A DNA stretch of 64,000 nt. Origin: an uncultured bacterium. GTDB lineage: Bacteria; Cyanobacteriota; Vampirovibrionia; Gastranaerophilales; Gastranaerophilaceae. A model generated the notes under the pieces. It saw nothing but the letters and a program-made list of their open reading frames with translations. It made no database searches and was not told where the DNA came from. A program made the translations under genes and the position numbers. Every line of letters begins with the position of its first letter. Positions within the stretch are counted from its first letter, which is position 1. Of this stretch, positions 36,234 through 44,388 are shown piece after piece. The stretch spans positions 96,650 through 160,649 of the forward strand of contig CACZFL010000006.1 of NCBI GenBank assembly GCA_902780525.1, in the 5' to 3' direction.

Positions 36234-36252
36234 GTTACAAAAAATTTACAAA
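36234..36252 (-). promoter_or_regulatory. HLR1-like box with 3-nt spacer
   Basis: GTTACAAA-AAA-TTTACAAA on the plus strand, 59 nt upstream of the GGDEF/HD-GYP gene start. Confidence 0.4.
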
Positions 36253-36409
36253 TCTAATTTTCTTCTAAGTACCCCTATTAATTACATGCTAACATTTTTT
36301 AAGGTTTTTTCCACCCTGAAACTCTTATAATTTTACAAATGTTTATAATTTGTGTAATATGTACACCAATTATTTTAATAAATCTACTCTTTTTTATCCC
36401 TGTTATCGG

Positions 36410-38299
36410 CTATTTCCCTAACATTACCATAAGAACGGATATATCAGCAGGTTTTACTCCGCCTATTCTGGAAGCCTGTGCAAGATTTGTCGGTCTGATT
36501 TTTTCTAATTTTTCCTTTGTTTCGGTTGATATGTGTTTAATCTGTGAGTAATCAATATTTGCAGGGATTCTGTATTTCTCAAGCTTTTCGCTCGTTTCAA
36601 CCTGAGCCAGCTGACGTTTAATGTATCCGTCATATTTAACGAGCACTTCAACCTCATCAGTTATGTCCTGTGACAGATTTAAAGTTCTTGTTTCTTCATC
36701 AACTTCTTTAAAGATATCATATGTGATATTTGGTCGTTTTAAAAGTTCTGCAAGTCTTATACCGTTTTCTATATGTTCTCCGCATCTTGCCAGAACTTCA
36801 TTTACTACTTCTGTTGCAGGTAGTTTAGTTTCCTGAAGCCTTGCAATTTCCCGTTTAATACTTTCCTGTTTATCCAGAAATCTTTGATACTGAGTATCGT
36901 CTATCAAGCCGATTTTATGTCCGAGTTCTGTTAATCTTTCATCAGCGTTATCCTGTCTTAAAAGAAGTCTGTATTCAGAACGCGAAGTCAACATTCTGTA
37001 TGGTTCCTGAATATCTTTTGTGACCAAATCATCAATAAGAGTTCCTGTATAAGAAGATGCTCTTGAAAGTTCAAGAGGCTCAGAACCGTTTATATAATTA
37101 ACTGAGTTAATACCCGCAATCAAACCTTGTGCGGCAGCTTCTTCGTATCCGCTTGTCCCGTTAATTTGACCTGCAAAGAATAAACCTTTTATGTCTTTTG
37201 ACATCAGAGAGTGTAAAGTCTGAACGGCAGGAACATAATCATATTCAACGGCGTAAGCAGGTTTTATAATATGAGCTTTTTCTAACCCCGGAAGTGAGCG
37301 GAGCATTTCCACCTGAACACATGCCGGCAAGCTTGTTGAAAAGCCTTGGATATAAACTTCATAAGTATTTAATCCTTCAGGTTCAATAAAAATATGATGG
37401 GAAGGATTTGATGCAAAACGCACAATTTTATCTTCAATAGACGGACAATATCTTGGTCCTACGCCATGGATTAATCCCTGATACATTGGTGATTTGTCAA
37501 GATTTGCTCTGATAATTGCGTGTGTTTCCTCGTTTGTTCTTGTTAAATAACAGGGATATTGCTGTCTGACGGGGCGATTTGGCTTAAACGAATAAAAACT
37601 CAGCTTGTCATCTCCGGGCTGAACTGTCATTTTAGAATAATCAATCGTTCTTTTATCAACTCTCGCCGGAGTTCCTGTTTTAAGTTTTTTTGTAACTATT
37701 CCGTGCTCACGCAAAGACTGAGATAAACCTATTGCAGCACGTTCTCCGAGTCTGCCGCCGTCATAACTGTTTAGTCCTACCCATAGCTTGCCTTCTAATG
37801 AAGTTCCAGTCGTAAGAATAATAGCTCTGCAAGAATAGTCCAAACCATACTCGTCTATTGCTCCTGTTATTTGCCCCTCTTTAACTTTAATATCAGTTAT
37901 ACAGGTTTGTTTTACCCAGATATTATCGGTACTTTCTATTATGTTCCGCATATAACGGGTGTATTCTTTTTTATCTGACTGAGCCCTTAAAGCTCTGACT
38001 GCAGGTCCTTTTGATGAGTTAAGCGTCTTCATTTGAAGATAAGTAGCGTCTGCAACTTCTCCCATAACTCCGCCCAAGGCATCTATTTCTCTTACCAAAG
38101 TAGATTTTGCAGGACCTCCAATTGCAGGATTACAAGGCTGAAGAGCTATATTATCAACGTTAAGGGTACACAATAGAACATTACACCCCCGGCGTGCAGC
38201 AGATATTGCTGCTTCGCATCCCGCATGCCCTGCACCTACAACAATTACATCAAATTTGTTATTTATATAATCCAGACTAGTCATAAAAACATTATACAA
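36410..38299 (-). CDS. mnmG: tRNA uridine-5-carboxymethylaminomethyl(34) synthesis enzyme MnmG (GidA)
   Basis: 629 aa. N-terminal FAD motif VIVVGAGHAGCEAA and full-length resemblance to GidA. Confidence 0.97.
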   Translation of the reverse strand: MYNVFMTSLDYINNKFDVIVVGAGHAGCEAAISAARRGCNVLLCTLNVDNIALQPCNPAIGGPAKSTLVREIDALGGVMGEVADATYLQMKTLNSSKGPAVRALRAQSDKKEYTRYMRNIIESTDNIWVKQTCITDIKVKEGQITGAIDEYGLDYSCRAIILTTGTSLEGKLWVGLNSYDGGRLGERAAIGLSQSLREHGIVTKKLKTGTPARVDKRTIDYSKMTVQPGDDKLSFYSFKPNRPVRQQYPCYLTRTNEETHAIIRANLDKSPMYQGLIHGVGPRYCPSIEDKIVRFASNPSHHIFIEPEGLNTYEVYIQGFSTSLPACVQVEMLRSLPGLEKAHIIKPAYAVEYDYVPAVQTLHSLMSKDIKGLFFAGQINGTSGYEEAAAQGLIAGINSVNYINGSEPLELSRASSYTGTLIDDLVTKDIQEPYRMLTSRSEYRLLLRQDNADERLTELGHKIGLIDDTQYQRFLDKQESIKREIARLQETKLPATEVVNEVLARCGEHIENGIRLAELLKRPNITYDIFKEVDEETRTLNLSQDITDEVEVLVKYDGYIKRQLAQVETSEKLEKYRIPANIDYSQIKHISTETKEKLEKIRPTNLAQASRIGGVKPADISVLMVMLGK

Positions 38300-38331
38300 C
38301 GGACAAAATTTTTATTTGCCCTTTTGCTCAT

Positions 38332-39351
38332 TTACTCTTCGTCGTCATCTTTTTCCATTGCACGGCGAAGAATATTGTCATCAATTTTTTTCTTGGAATA
38401 CTTTTTCTTTGATGCTTCCATAAGTTTTTCACTGGGGCGTTTTTTTGATTTCTTTTTTTGGGTAGGAAGTTCCTGTTTCGGAAGTCCGTTATTCAGTTCT
38501 TTATACCACATTGACCAGAGAATTGAACGAAGGGGTAATGTATATTGGATTAAAATCTGTGCGAATATTGTCTGAATGGTAAACAATGCCATATCCGAAT
38601 GTTTGATTGAAGTAAGCCCGTACATTGAAAAATCAAGTTCCGGAAGCAAATTGACAAAAGGCATAATCGCATTAGAAAAAGCTATATTTACTCCTGTTGC
38701 ATCAAAACCCTTAATGACAATTTGCGGAATAGCAATATATGTCAGTGTGCCAACGAGAGCGAAAAGCATAAATGTATCTCTAAAATGGCCCTTTACAAGC
38801 ATTAAACTCCTTTTAACGCAACCAAAAGGTGAAAGCTCCGGCTCAAATGTAAATATCTGAAATATCAAAACAAAATATATTGCAAATATTGCACAAATTA
38901 TCCACATAAGAGGACAAATTGCGATAAGTGAAAAAATCCCAAATAAAAGCCATAAACCGATGAATGAGAATGCTCTTCTTTTAATTAGTTCAGTATGAGC
39001 TTCAAAATCATATACTTTTCCTGAACGGAGCATATTTTCTAACATTGAGTTTACTGAACCATATGCTACAAGATATTCCCAAAACGCTTTGCAGAATATT
39101 GCCATTCCCGGAAGTATTACTAAAACAGATATTGTAATCAGTATTCCTAAATCATTTAACTGCGGATACTTGTCAATAAGTTTCGGCATATTAACCGTAT
39201 AAAGATATGTAGTAAAAAATGCAATGATTAGCCCTGCTATTTGTCCTAATACAGGAAATGTCATGTATTTTAAAAATTTATCAAAATTGGAAAAATATAA
39301 ACCTACGGATTCAGTAAAAATTCCCAAAGCGTTTTTTTGTTTTTTTGTCAT
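38332..39351 (-). CDS. polytopic membrane protein with Lys-rich C-terminal tail, function unknown
   Basis: 339 aa. At least six hydrophobic helices and a highly charged C-terminus (KKKSKKRPSEK...KKKYSKKK). Confidence 0.7.
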   Translation of the reverse strand: MTKKQKNALGIFTESVGLYFSNFDKFLKYMTFPVLGQIAGLIIAFFTTYLYTVNMPKLIDKYPQLNDLGILITISVLVILPGMAIFCKAFWEYLVAYGSVNSMLENMLRSGKVYDFEAHTELIKRRAFSFIGLWLLFGIFSLIAICPLMWIICAIFAIYFVLIFQIFTFEPELSPFGCVKRSLMLVKGHFRDTFMLFALVGTLTYIAIPQIVIKGFDATGVNIAFSNAIMPFVNLLPELDFSMYGLTSIKHSDMALFTIQTIFAQILIQYTLPLRSILWSMWYKELNNGLPKQELPTQKKKSKKRPSEKLMEASKKKYSKKKIDDNILRRAMEKDDDEE

Positions 39352-39390
39352 AAATTAAATCTCCCAAAATAATTTTATCATAATTTATGC

Positions 39391-39417
39391 AAAAAAAAGC
39401 CCGATTTTAAATCAGGC
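39391..39417 (-). terminator. intrinsic terminator after the 56-aa ORF
   Basis: Minus strand reads GCCTGAT-TTAAA-ATCGGGC followed by T8. The stem needs a U-G pair that exists only in the minus-strand RNA. Confidence 0.7.
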
Positions 39418-39487
39418 GCTAATAGATAAGTAAGTTTTGGGGAATTAAATTAGTTAAGTAAGATTAAGATTGGTATTATTTAAAAAC

Positions 39488-39658
39488 TTATTTTTTGACT
39501 CGTGAGATAAAAGTTACTCTCGACTTCATATCAATTGCGAATAATCGCATTTCGTCAACCAGAATATGTGACTGATCACCGTTGTCACCATCGATGAAAA
39601 ATTCTTTTGAGATTTGTGTTGCCATAGCATTAATGTTGTACGTGTTTAAAACTGCCAT
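39488..39658 (-). CDS. small ORF (56 aa), hypothetical
   Basis: Not in the track. GTGAGGT SD 5 nt upstream of the ATG at 39658. MAVLNTYNINAMATQISKEFFIDGDNGDQSHILVDEMRLFAIDMKSRVTFISRVKK. It has its own promoter module and terminator. Confidence 0.5.
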   Translation of the reverse strand: MAVLNTYNINAMATQISKEFFIDGDNGDQSHILVDEMRLFAIDMKSRVTFISRVKK

Positions 39659-39794
39659 AATACCTCACTTTACTCTCGGCTTGCCGCCAAAAGTGTTTTT
39701 CTTACTTGTATTTAATTGTTCATTGAAAAACTGACGGGTTGTATTGCCCGTTGTTTTTTGTTTGATTTTTACTCTCTTAAGTTTTTAATTTCGA

Positions 39795-39867
39795 CTTACA
39801 TATATATAAAGTATATATAACTTTTTGAATTTCAAACCTCTCTTGTTTTGTTACAAATCTTAACAAT
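39795..39867 (-). promoter_or_regulatory. HLR1-like box plus TTGAAA-N16-TACTTT-ATATATATGTAAG promoter module
   Basis: Plus strand has GTTACAAA-TC-TTAACAAT at 39850-39867. The minus strand has TTGAAA (39835-39830), TACTTT (39813-39808), then ATATATATGTAAG. Confidence 0.5.
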
Positions 39868-39932
39868 ACCTGCCTTTGATATTGCTGTTTATAGAGGGCA
39901 AAAGCCCAGTAAAATCAGGGGTTTTCAAAATA

Positions 39933-39951
39933 ATTGTAAAGAATTGTAAAT
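39933..39951 (+). promoter_or_regulatory. HLR1-like direct-repeat box
   Basis: ATTGTAAAGAATTGTAAAT. Reverse complement is TTTACAAT-TC-TTTACAAT. Confidence 0.5.
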
Positions 39952-39967
39952 AATATTCAAAAAATCC

Positions 39968-39994
39968 TAAAGTTTTCAGAATTTGTGCCGATAT
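39968..39994 (+). promoter_or_regulatory. sigma-28 (FliA/SigD)-type promoter candidate
   Basis: TAAA-N15-GCCGATAT matches the TAAA-N15-GCCGATAA consensus. It ends 28 nt upstream of the ATG at 40023. Confidence 0.5.
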
Positions 39995-40022
39995 ACATTA
40001 TATATATAAGCAGAGGTGTGTC

Positions 40023-40490
40023 ATGTCTAACTTCACTGTAAACGGAGTATATTCTTATACAAGTGCGAATATCTACTCTTATCTGGGTAGATTACCGACC
40101 AACAATGCTGCTTTAAAAGAAGCATTCAGGGAATTTGGTATTGCTCCTACAGGAAAAGAATCTGACTTAAAAAGACTTGAAAATGCGATGTACCGTGAGT
40201 ATTCAGAGCAGGTAAGAGAGCAAATCGATAACCAAAACTCTGAAAAAAATAATGTACCGTGGGCAGGAATACTTGCGCAGATAGGTATTCAGCCAACAGG
40301 TGATTATGACACGGATTATCAGGCATTTAACAATGCAATTCAGCTTCTGAGTCAGAGTGCAATTGATGGTCAGGCTATGGCATACTTTGCAGGACTGAGA
40401 AGCGAAGCACAAAGTGCTTTTGCTTCTTATTCTCCGTCGGATCAACAGGTACAAACTTTCTTCGATTATAAAGTTCAACATCTTTCATAA
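40023..40490 (+). CDS. hypothetical protein with two GIxPTG repeats (HeH/SAP-like)
   Basis: 155 aa. AGAGGTG SD. Internal repeat FGIAPTGKESDLKRLENAM / IGIQPTGDYDTDYQAFNNAI. Confidence 0.65.
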   Translation: MSNFTVNGVYSYTSANIYSYLGRLPTNNAALKEAFREFGIAPTGKESDLKRLENAMYREYSEQVREQIDNQNSEKNNVPWAGILAQIGIQPTGDYDTDYQAFNNAIQLLSQSAIDGQAMAYFAGLRSEAQSAFASYSPSDQQVQTFFDYKVQHLS

Positions 40491-40520
40491 AATAATTTGA
40501 AAGTGTTGTTAAAATTTGGG

Positions 40521-40545
40521 TGCCGCTATAGAGGTTATAGCGGCA
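40521..40545. terminator. hairpin between convergent genes (weak terminator)
   Basis: TGCCGCTATA-GAGGT-TATAGCGGCA is a perfect 10-bp stem, but it has poor U tracts on both strands. Confidence 0.4.
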
Positions 40546-40570
40546 TCACTGCGTTATTATATAATTTTAT

Positions 40571-42310
40571 TTACAGGGAATGAACAGCTGAGACAACAAT
40601 TTCTGCGGCATCTTCCGGTGTAATGTTGCTGAGCTCTTCACTATCCCTTTGTTTAAACTCAACCAAACCATCTGCAATACCTTTTCCGACGGTTATTCTA
40701 AACGGAAAACCTATTAAATCGGCATCTTTAAATTTAACACCGGCTCTTTCGTCTCTGTCGTCAAGAACTGCTTCAACGCCGTGTTTGTTGAGTGTTTTAT
40801 AAATATCTTCAGCAACTCTCATTTGTTGTTCGTCCTTTATATTAACAGGAATAACAACTGCATGGTAAGGAGCAATAGCTAGCGGCCAGATAATACCATG
40901 GTCATCGTGGTGTGCTTCAACAGCTGCCGCTGCAGTTCTTGTAACGCCGATACCATAACAACCCATTACGTATGGCTGAGTTTTTCCGTTCTGGTCAAGG
41001 AACACTGCATTCATTGGTTTAGAATACTTAGTTCCAAGCTGGAAAATGTTACCAACTTCAATACCTCTTGTAACTTTCAGAGGTTTTCCGCAAACAGGAC
41101 AAATATCTCCGGCTTCAACCAGTCGAATATCAGTAATTATTTCAGGTAAATCAACTTCAACTCCCCAATTGTAACCTACTCCGTGAACATCCTTTTTGTT
41201 TATGCCAATAACGAAGTTTTTCATATTTTTTACGGTTTCATCAGCAACAACTTTGATTTTGTATCCGTTGTATTCCTTCAAACCCTGAGGACCAATAAAC
41301 CCTTTCTCGCTATCGAATCCATTTACCCCCATCATTTCTTCGATTTCGCCTGCGGTTGCGATTCTGATATCAGTACCACCTACTGCATTCATAAGTTTTG
41401 TTTCTTCAACTGCTCTGTCAGCTCTTATCAAAGCTAAAACAGGGGCTTTATCAACGATATAAACTAATGTTTTTACAATAACCGTTGCAGGAATATTCAA
41501 AAACTCTGTAAGTTCTTCTATGGAATGAGTATTCGGAGTATCAACAATTTTTGCTTCTTTCCAGTCGCCTTCGATTTTAGCCTCAGGAAGCTTTGATACT
41601 GCGTGATTTGAGTTTGCCGCATAATCACATTCACAGTAGAATACATCATTTTCGCCTGAGTCCTGATCTGTAATTACCATAAATTCGTGGCTTACGCTTC
41701 CACCTATTGCACCTGAATCTGACTGAACTGCTTTTGTTTCAAGTCCGCAGCGTTTAAAGATTTTTGTATATGCACTCCACATATTCTTATATTCTTTTTC
41801 GAGTCCTTCCTGATCAACATCAAAAGAATAAGCGTCTTTCATAATGAACTCACGGCCTCTTAACAAACCAAAACGAGGGCGTCTTTCATCACGGAATTTA
41901 GACTGGATTTGGTATAAATTAACAGGTAATTGTTTGTATGATTTTAGTCCGTCACGTGCAATAGCTGTAATAATTTCTTCGTGCGTTGGTCCAAGGCACA
42001 TTTCTCTTCCGTGTCTGTCTTTCAGTCTCATGAGTTCACCACCGTATGCACCCCATCTTCCTGATTCTTCCCAAAGTTCTTTTGGCTGAACAAAAGGCAT
42101 AAGAAGTTCCTGTGCACCTGCTTTATCCATTTCTTCACGGATAATATTTTCAACTTTTCTGATTACTCTCCACATAAGAGGCAAATAGTTATATACACCC
42201 ATTGCAAGTTTTCTTATATATCCTGCTCTTACAAGAAGTTTATGCGAAATAACTTCTGCATCAGAAGGGTACTCTCTTAAAGTCTGTACAAACAATTTTG
42301 ACATTTTCAT
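40571..42310 (-). CDS. proS: proline--tRNA ligase (bacterial type with editing domain)
   Basis: 579 aa. Class II motifs, an INS editing insertion and a C-terminal anticodon-binding domain. Full-length resemblance to ProS. Confidence 0.96.
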   Translation of the reverse strand: MKMSKLFVQTLREYPSDAEVISHKLLVRAGYIRKLAMGVYNYLPLMWRVIRKVENIIREEMDKAGAQELLMPFVQPKELWEESGRWGAYGGELMRLKDRHGREMCLGPTHEEIITAIARDGLKSYKQLPVNLYQIQSKFRDERRPRFGLLRGREFIMKDAYSFDVDQEGLEKEYKNMWSAYTKIFKRCGLETKAVQSDSGAIGGSVSHEFMVITDQDSGENDVFYCECDYAANSNHAVSKLPEAKIEGDWKEAKIVDTPNTHSIEELTEFLNIPATVIVKTLVYIVDKAPVLALIRADRAVEETKLMNAVGGTDIRIATAGEIEEMMGVNGFDSEKGFIGPQGLKEYNGYKIKVVADETVKNMKNFVIGINKKDVHGVGYNWGVEVDLPEIITDIRLVEAGDICPVCGKPLKVTRGIEVGNIFQLGTKYSKPMNAVFLDQNGKTQPYVMGCYGIGVTRTAAAAVEAHHDDHGIIWPLAIAPYHAVVIPVNIKDEQQMRVAEDIYKTLNKHGVEAVLDDRDERAGVKFKDADLIGFPFRITVGKGIADGLVEFKQRDSEELSNITPEDAAEIVVSAVHSL

Positions 42311-42418
42311 AATTTATATTCCCTCTAAAATTACCGTTTATGATAGTACAATGTCTATTCTAACACAAAGCAAAAAAAGAAATTTGTTTTTGTTATATAT
42401 TCCTTTTAAAATATTCTT

Positions 42419-43468
42419 ATGAAAACATTATTTGATTGTAAAGATGAGATACACTCATGTTCCAAATGCGGATTATGTCAGTCGGTTTGCCCGATTTATA
42501 AAATTACCGGTAATGACTGTACCGTTTCCCGTGGTCATTTTATAATGCTTCGGGGGTTGATAAAAGGCGAACTCAAAATGTCAAAAACAATAAACCGTTA
42601 TCTGGATTTGTGTCTTAAATGCGGAGCATGTTCGGATTTTTGTCCGAGTGGCATAGATGTTGTTGATATTGTTGCACTTGCAAAGGCTGAATATTTCAAA
42701 CTTCATCCGGCAGAAAAATTTAAGTCCTCTGTTATGAATATGATGATAAAAAGTCTTAAATTTTTGAAAATTTTTCATTTATTTACCCCAAAAAGCAAGT
42801 CTTTTGAAAAAAAAGTTATATACTTTGGCGGCTGCGGTGCAAAAGTTGAAGGGGTTTCAAATATAATAAAAATCTTTAATTCGGTAAATATTGAAGTTAT
42901 TGTTCCTGATTTTGACTGTTGCGGTTTTCCGTTCTTTGTAAAAGGTGATATGGAAAGCTTTAATAAATATATGGAAAGTTTTTATTCTGTTCTCGAACAG
43001 TACGGGGATTACGACATTGTTGTAAACTGCGCGACCTGTGAAAAAACTCTTGAATCTTATCCAAAATGGCACGAGGGTAAAGAGGTCAGAATCAGAAATG
43101 TTTTTGAATATTTAAGAGAGAATAATCTTTCATTAGAACTTACAAAGCCGAAAAAAGTAACTTATCATAAACCCTGTAATCTGAAAAATTTTGATAACGT
43201 TAAATATTTTCTGGAAAATACAAAAAATCTTGAGTATGTTGAAATGAAGGATTTTGATACCTGTTGCGGACTTGAGGGAGTTGGGAATCTGAAAGAACGA
43301 AAAACAATGTCAAAGCTTTTCAGTGCAAAGCATAAAAATATCAAAGATACAGGTGCAAAAATTGTTTTGACATCTTGTCTTGCATGTAAAATTACTCTCG
43401 GTCTGTTTTCCTGGGGCAAATATAAAGTTCAGGATTTTATTGAGTTTCTTGCCAAGAATGTTAAGTAA
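42419..43468 (+). CDS. (Fe-S)-binding protein with two CCG domains (GlcF/HdrD/LutA-like)
   Basis: 349 aa. CSKCGLCQSVCP and CLKCGACSDFCP ferredoxin motifs, followed by two Cys-rich CCG-type domains (FDCCGFP, FDTCCG). Confidence 0.75.
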   Translation: MKTLFDCKDEIHSCSKCGLCQSVCPIYKITGNDCTVSRGHFIMLRGLIKGELKMSKTINRYLDLCLKCGACSDFCPSGIDVVDIVALAKAEYFKLHPAEKFKSSVMNMMIKSLKFLKIFHLFTPKSKSFEKKVIYFGGCGAKVEGVSNIIKIFNSVNIEVIVPDFDCCGFPFFVKGDMESFNKYMESFYSVLEQYGDYDIVVNCATCEKTLESYPKWHEGKEVRIRNVFEYLRENNLSLELTKPKKVTYHKPCNLKNFDNVKYFLENTKNLEYVEMKDFDTCCGLEGVGNLKERKTMSKLFSAKHKNIKDTGAKIVLTSCLACKITLGLFSWGKYKVQDFIEFLAKNVK

Positions 43469-44384
43469 ACTTAATCCCCTGCCGGGAATTCCTTCGCAAA
43501 AATTCTCTGTCTATTCGGTTTAGCGTATCCAGTTTTCTTCCAATCCAGCGGGGCGCAACGAGTTCTGTTCTGAGTCCATTTCCTGCAAGGCGGTGAATAG
43601 TTGTTTTGGGAGGTAAATATTCCAAGAAATCGCAAACGGTTGAAACATATTCATCTTCACTCATAAAATCAATTTCACCGTTTTTATAGAGTTCAGCCAG
43701 TTTTGTGCCCTCTAATGCGCAGAGCATATGAATCTTTACCCCGTCAGGCTCAAGTTTAGCTATCGTTTTTGCTGTTTCCATCATCTCGTCATAAGATTCA
43801 AAAAGGTTAAGAATAACGTGCAGGCAGACGTTTATTCCTTTTTCTTTTGTTTTTGTATAAGCATCTAAAAAGCATTTGTAATCGTGTCCGCGGTTAATTT
43901 TTTTAAGCGTTTTATCGTGAACTGACTGCAAGCCGTACTCAACCCATGTGTAATAATCGGGGGTAAATGAGCTTATGAGATTTAATTTATCCCCGTTAAT
44001 ACAGTCAGGTCGTGTGCCGATAGAAATACCCACGATATCATCTCTGCAAAGAGAAGCTGTGTATATTTTTTCAAGCTCTTCAACAGGCTTATAAGTATTA
44101 GAAAAAGCCTGAAAATAAGACATAAATTTTTGTGCCTTGAATCGGTTTTTTAAGGTTTCAGCACCTGTATTAACCTGCTCTTCTATGCTCAGGCGGTTTG
44201 AATGAGCCTGAGAAAAACTTCCGCCGTCGTCACAAAAAATACAACCGTCTTTTGAGATCGTTCCGTCACGATTAGGACAGGAAAAACCTGCATCAAGAGT
44301 GATTTTATAAACCTTTGCACCGAACTTAAGTTTAAGATGTTCGCTAAATTGATTGTATCTTTTATCAGTTCCGTTAAATTCCAT
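43461..44384 (-). CDS. TIGR01212-family radical SAM protein
   Basis: 307 aa. GFSCPNRDGTISKDGCIFCD cluster motif and the family-typical length and layout. Confidence 0.8.
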   Translation of the reverse strand: MEFNGTDKRYNQFSEHLKLKFGAKVYKITLDAGFSCPNRDGTISKDGCIFCDDGGSFSQAHSNRLSIEEQVNTGAETLKNRFKAQKFMSYFQAFSNTYKPVEELEKIYTASLCRDDIVGISIGTRPDCINGDKLNLISSFTPDYYTWVEYGLQSVHDKTLKKINRGHDYKCFLDAYTKTKEKGINVCLHVILNLFESYDEMMETAKTIAKLEPDGVKIHMLCALEGTKLAELYKNGEIDFMSEDEYVSTVCDFLEYLPPKTTIHRLAGNGLRTELVAPRWIGRKLDTLNRIDREFLRRNSRQGIKFT

Positions 44385-44388
44385 GATT

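Noticed and set aside
36339-36551. 70-aa plus-strand ORF spanning the mnmG 3' end, and the 116-aa ORF at 38225-38575 spanning the mnmG start and neighbouring gene end.
   Set aside because: Both overlap well-supported minus-strand genes, lack an SD, and encode Phe/Ile/Ser-rich low-complexity sequence.
42311-42418. T-box leader upstream of proS.
   Set aside because: The spacer is only about 108 nt and AT-rich. It has no specifier-loop/antiterminator architecture or T-box consensus. A simple extended -10 (TGTTAGAAT on the minus strand) explains it.
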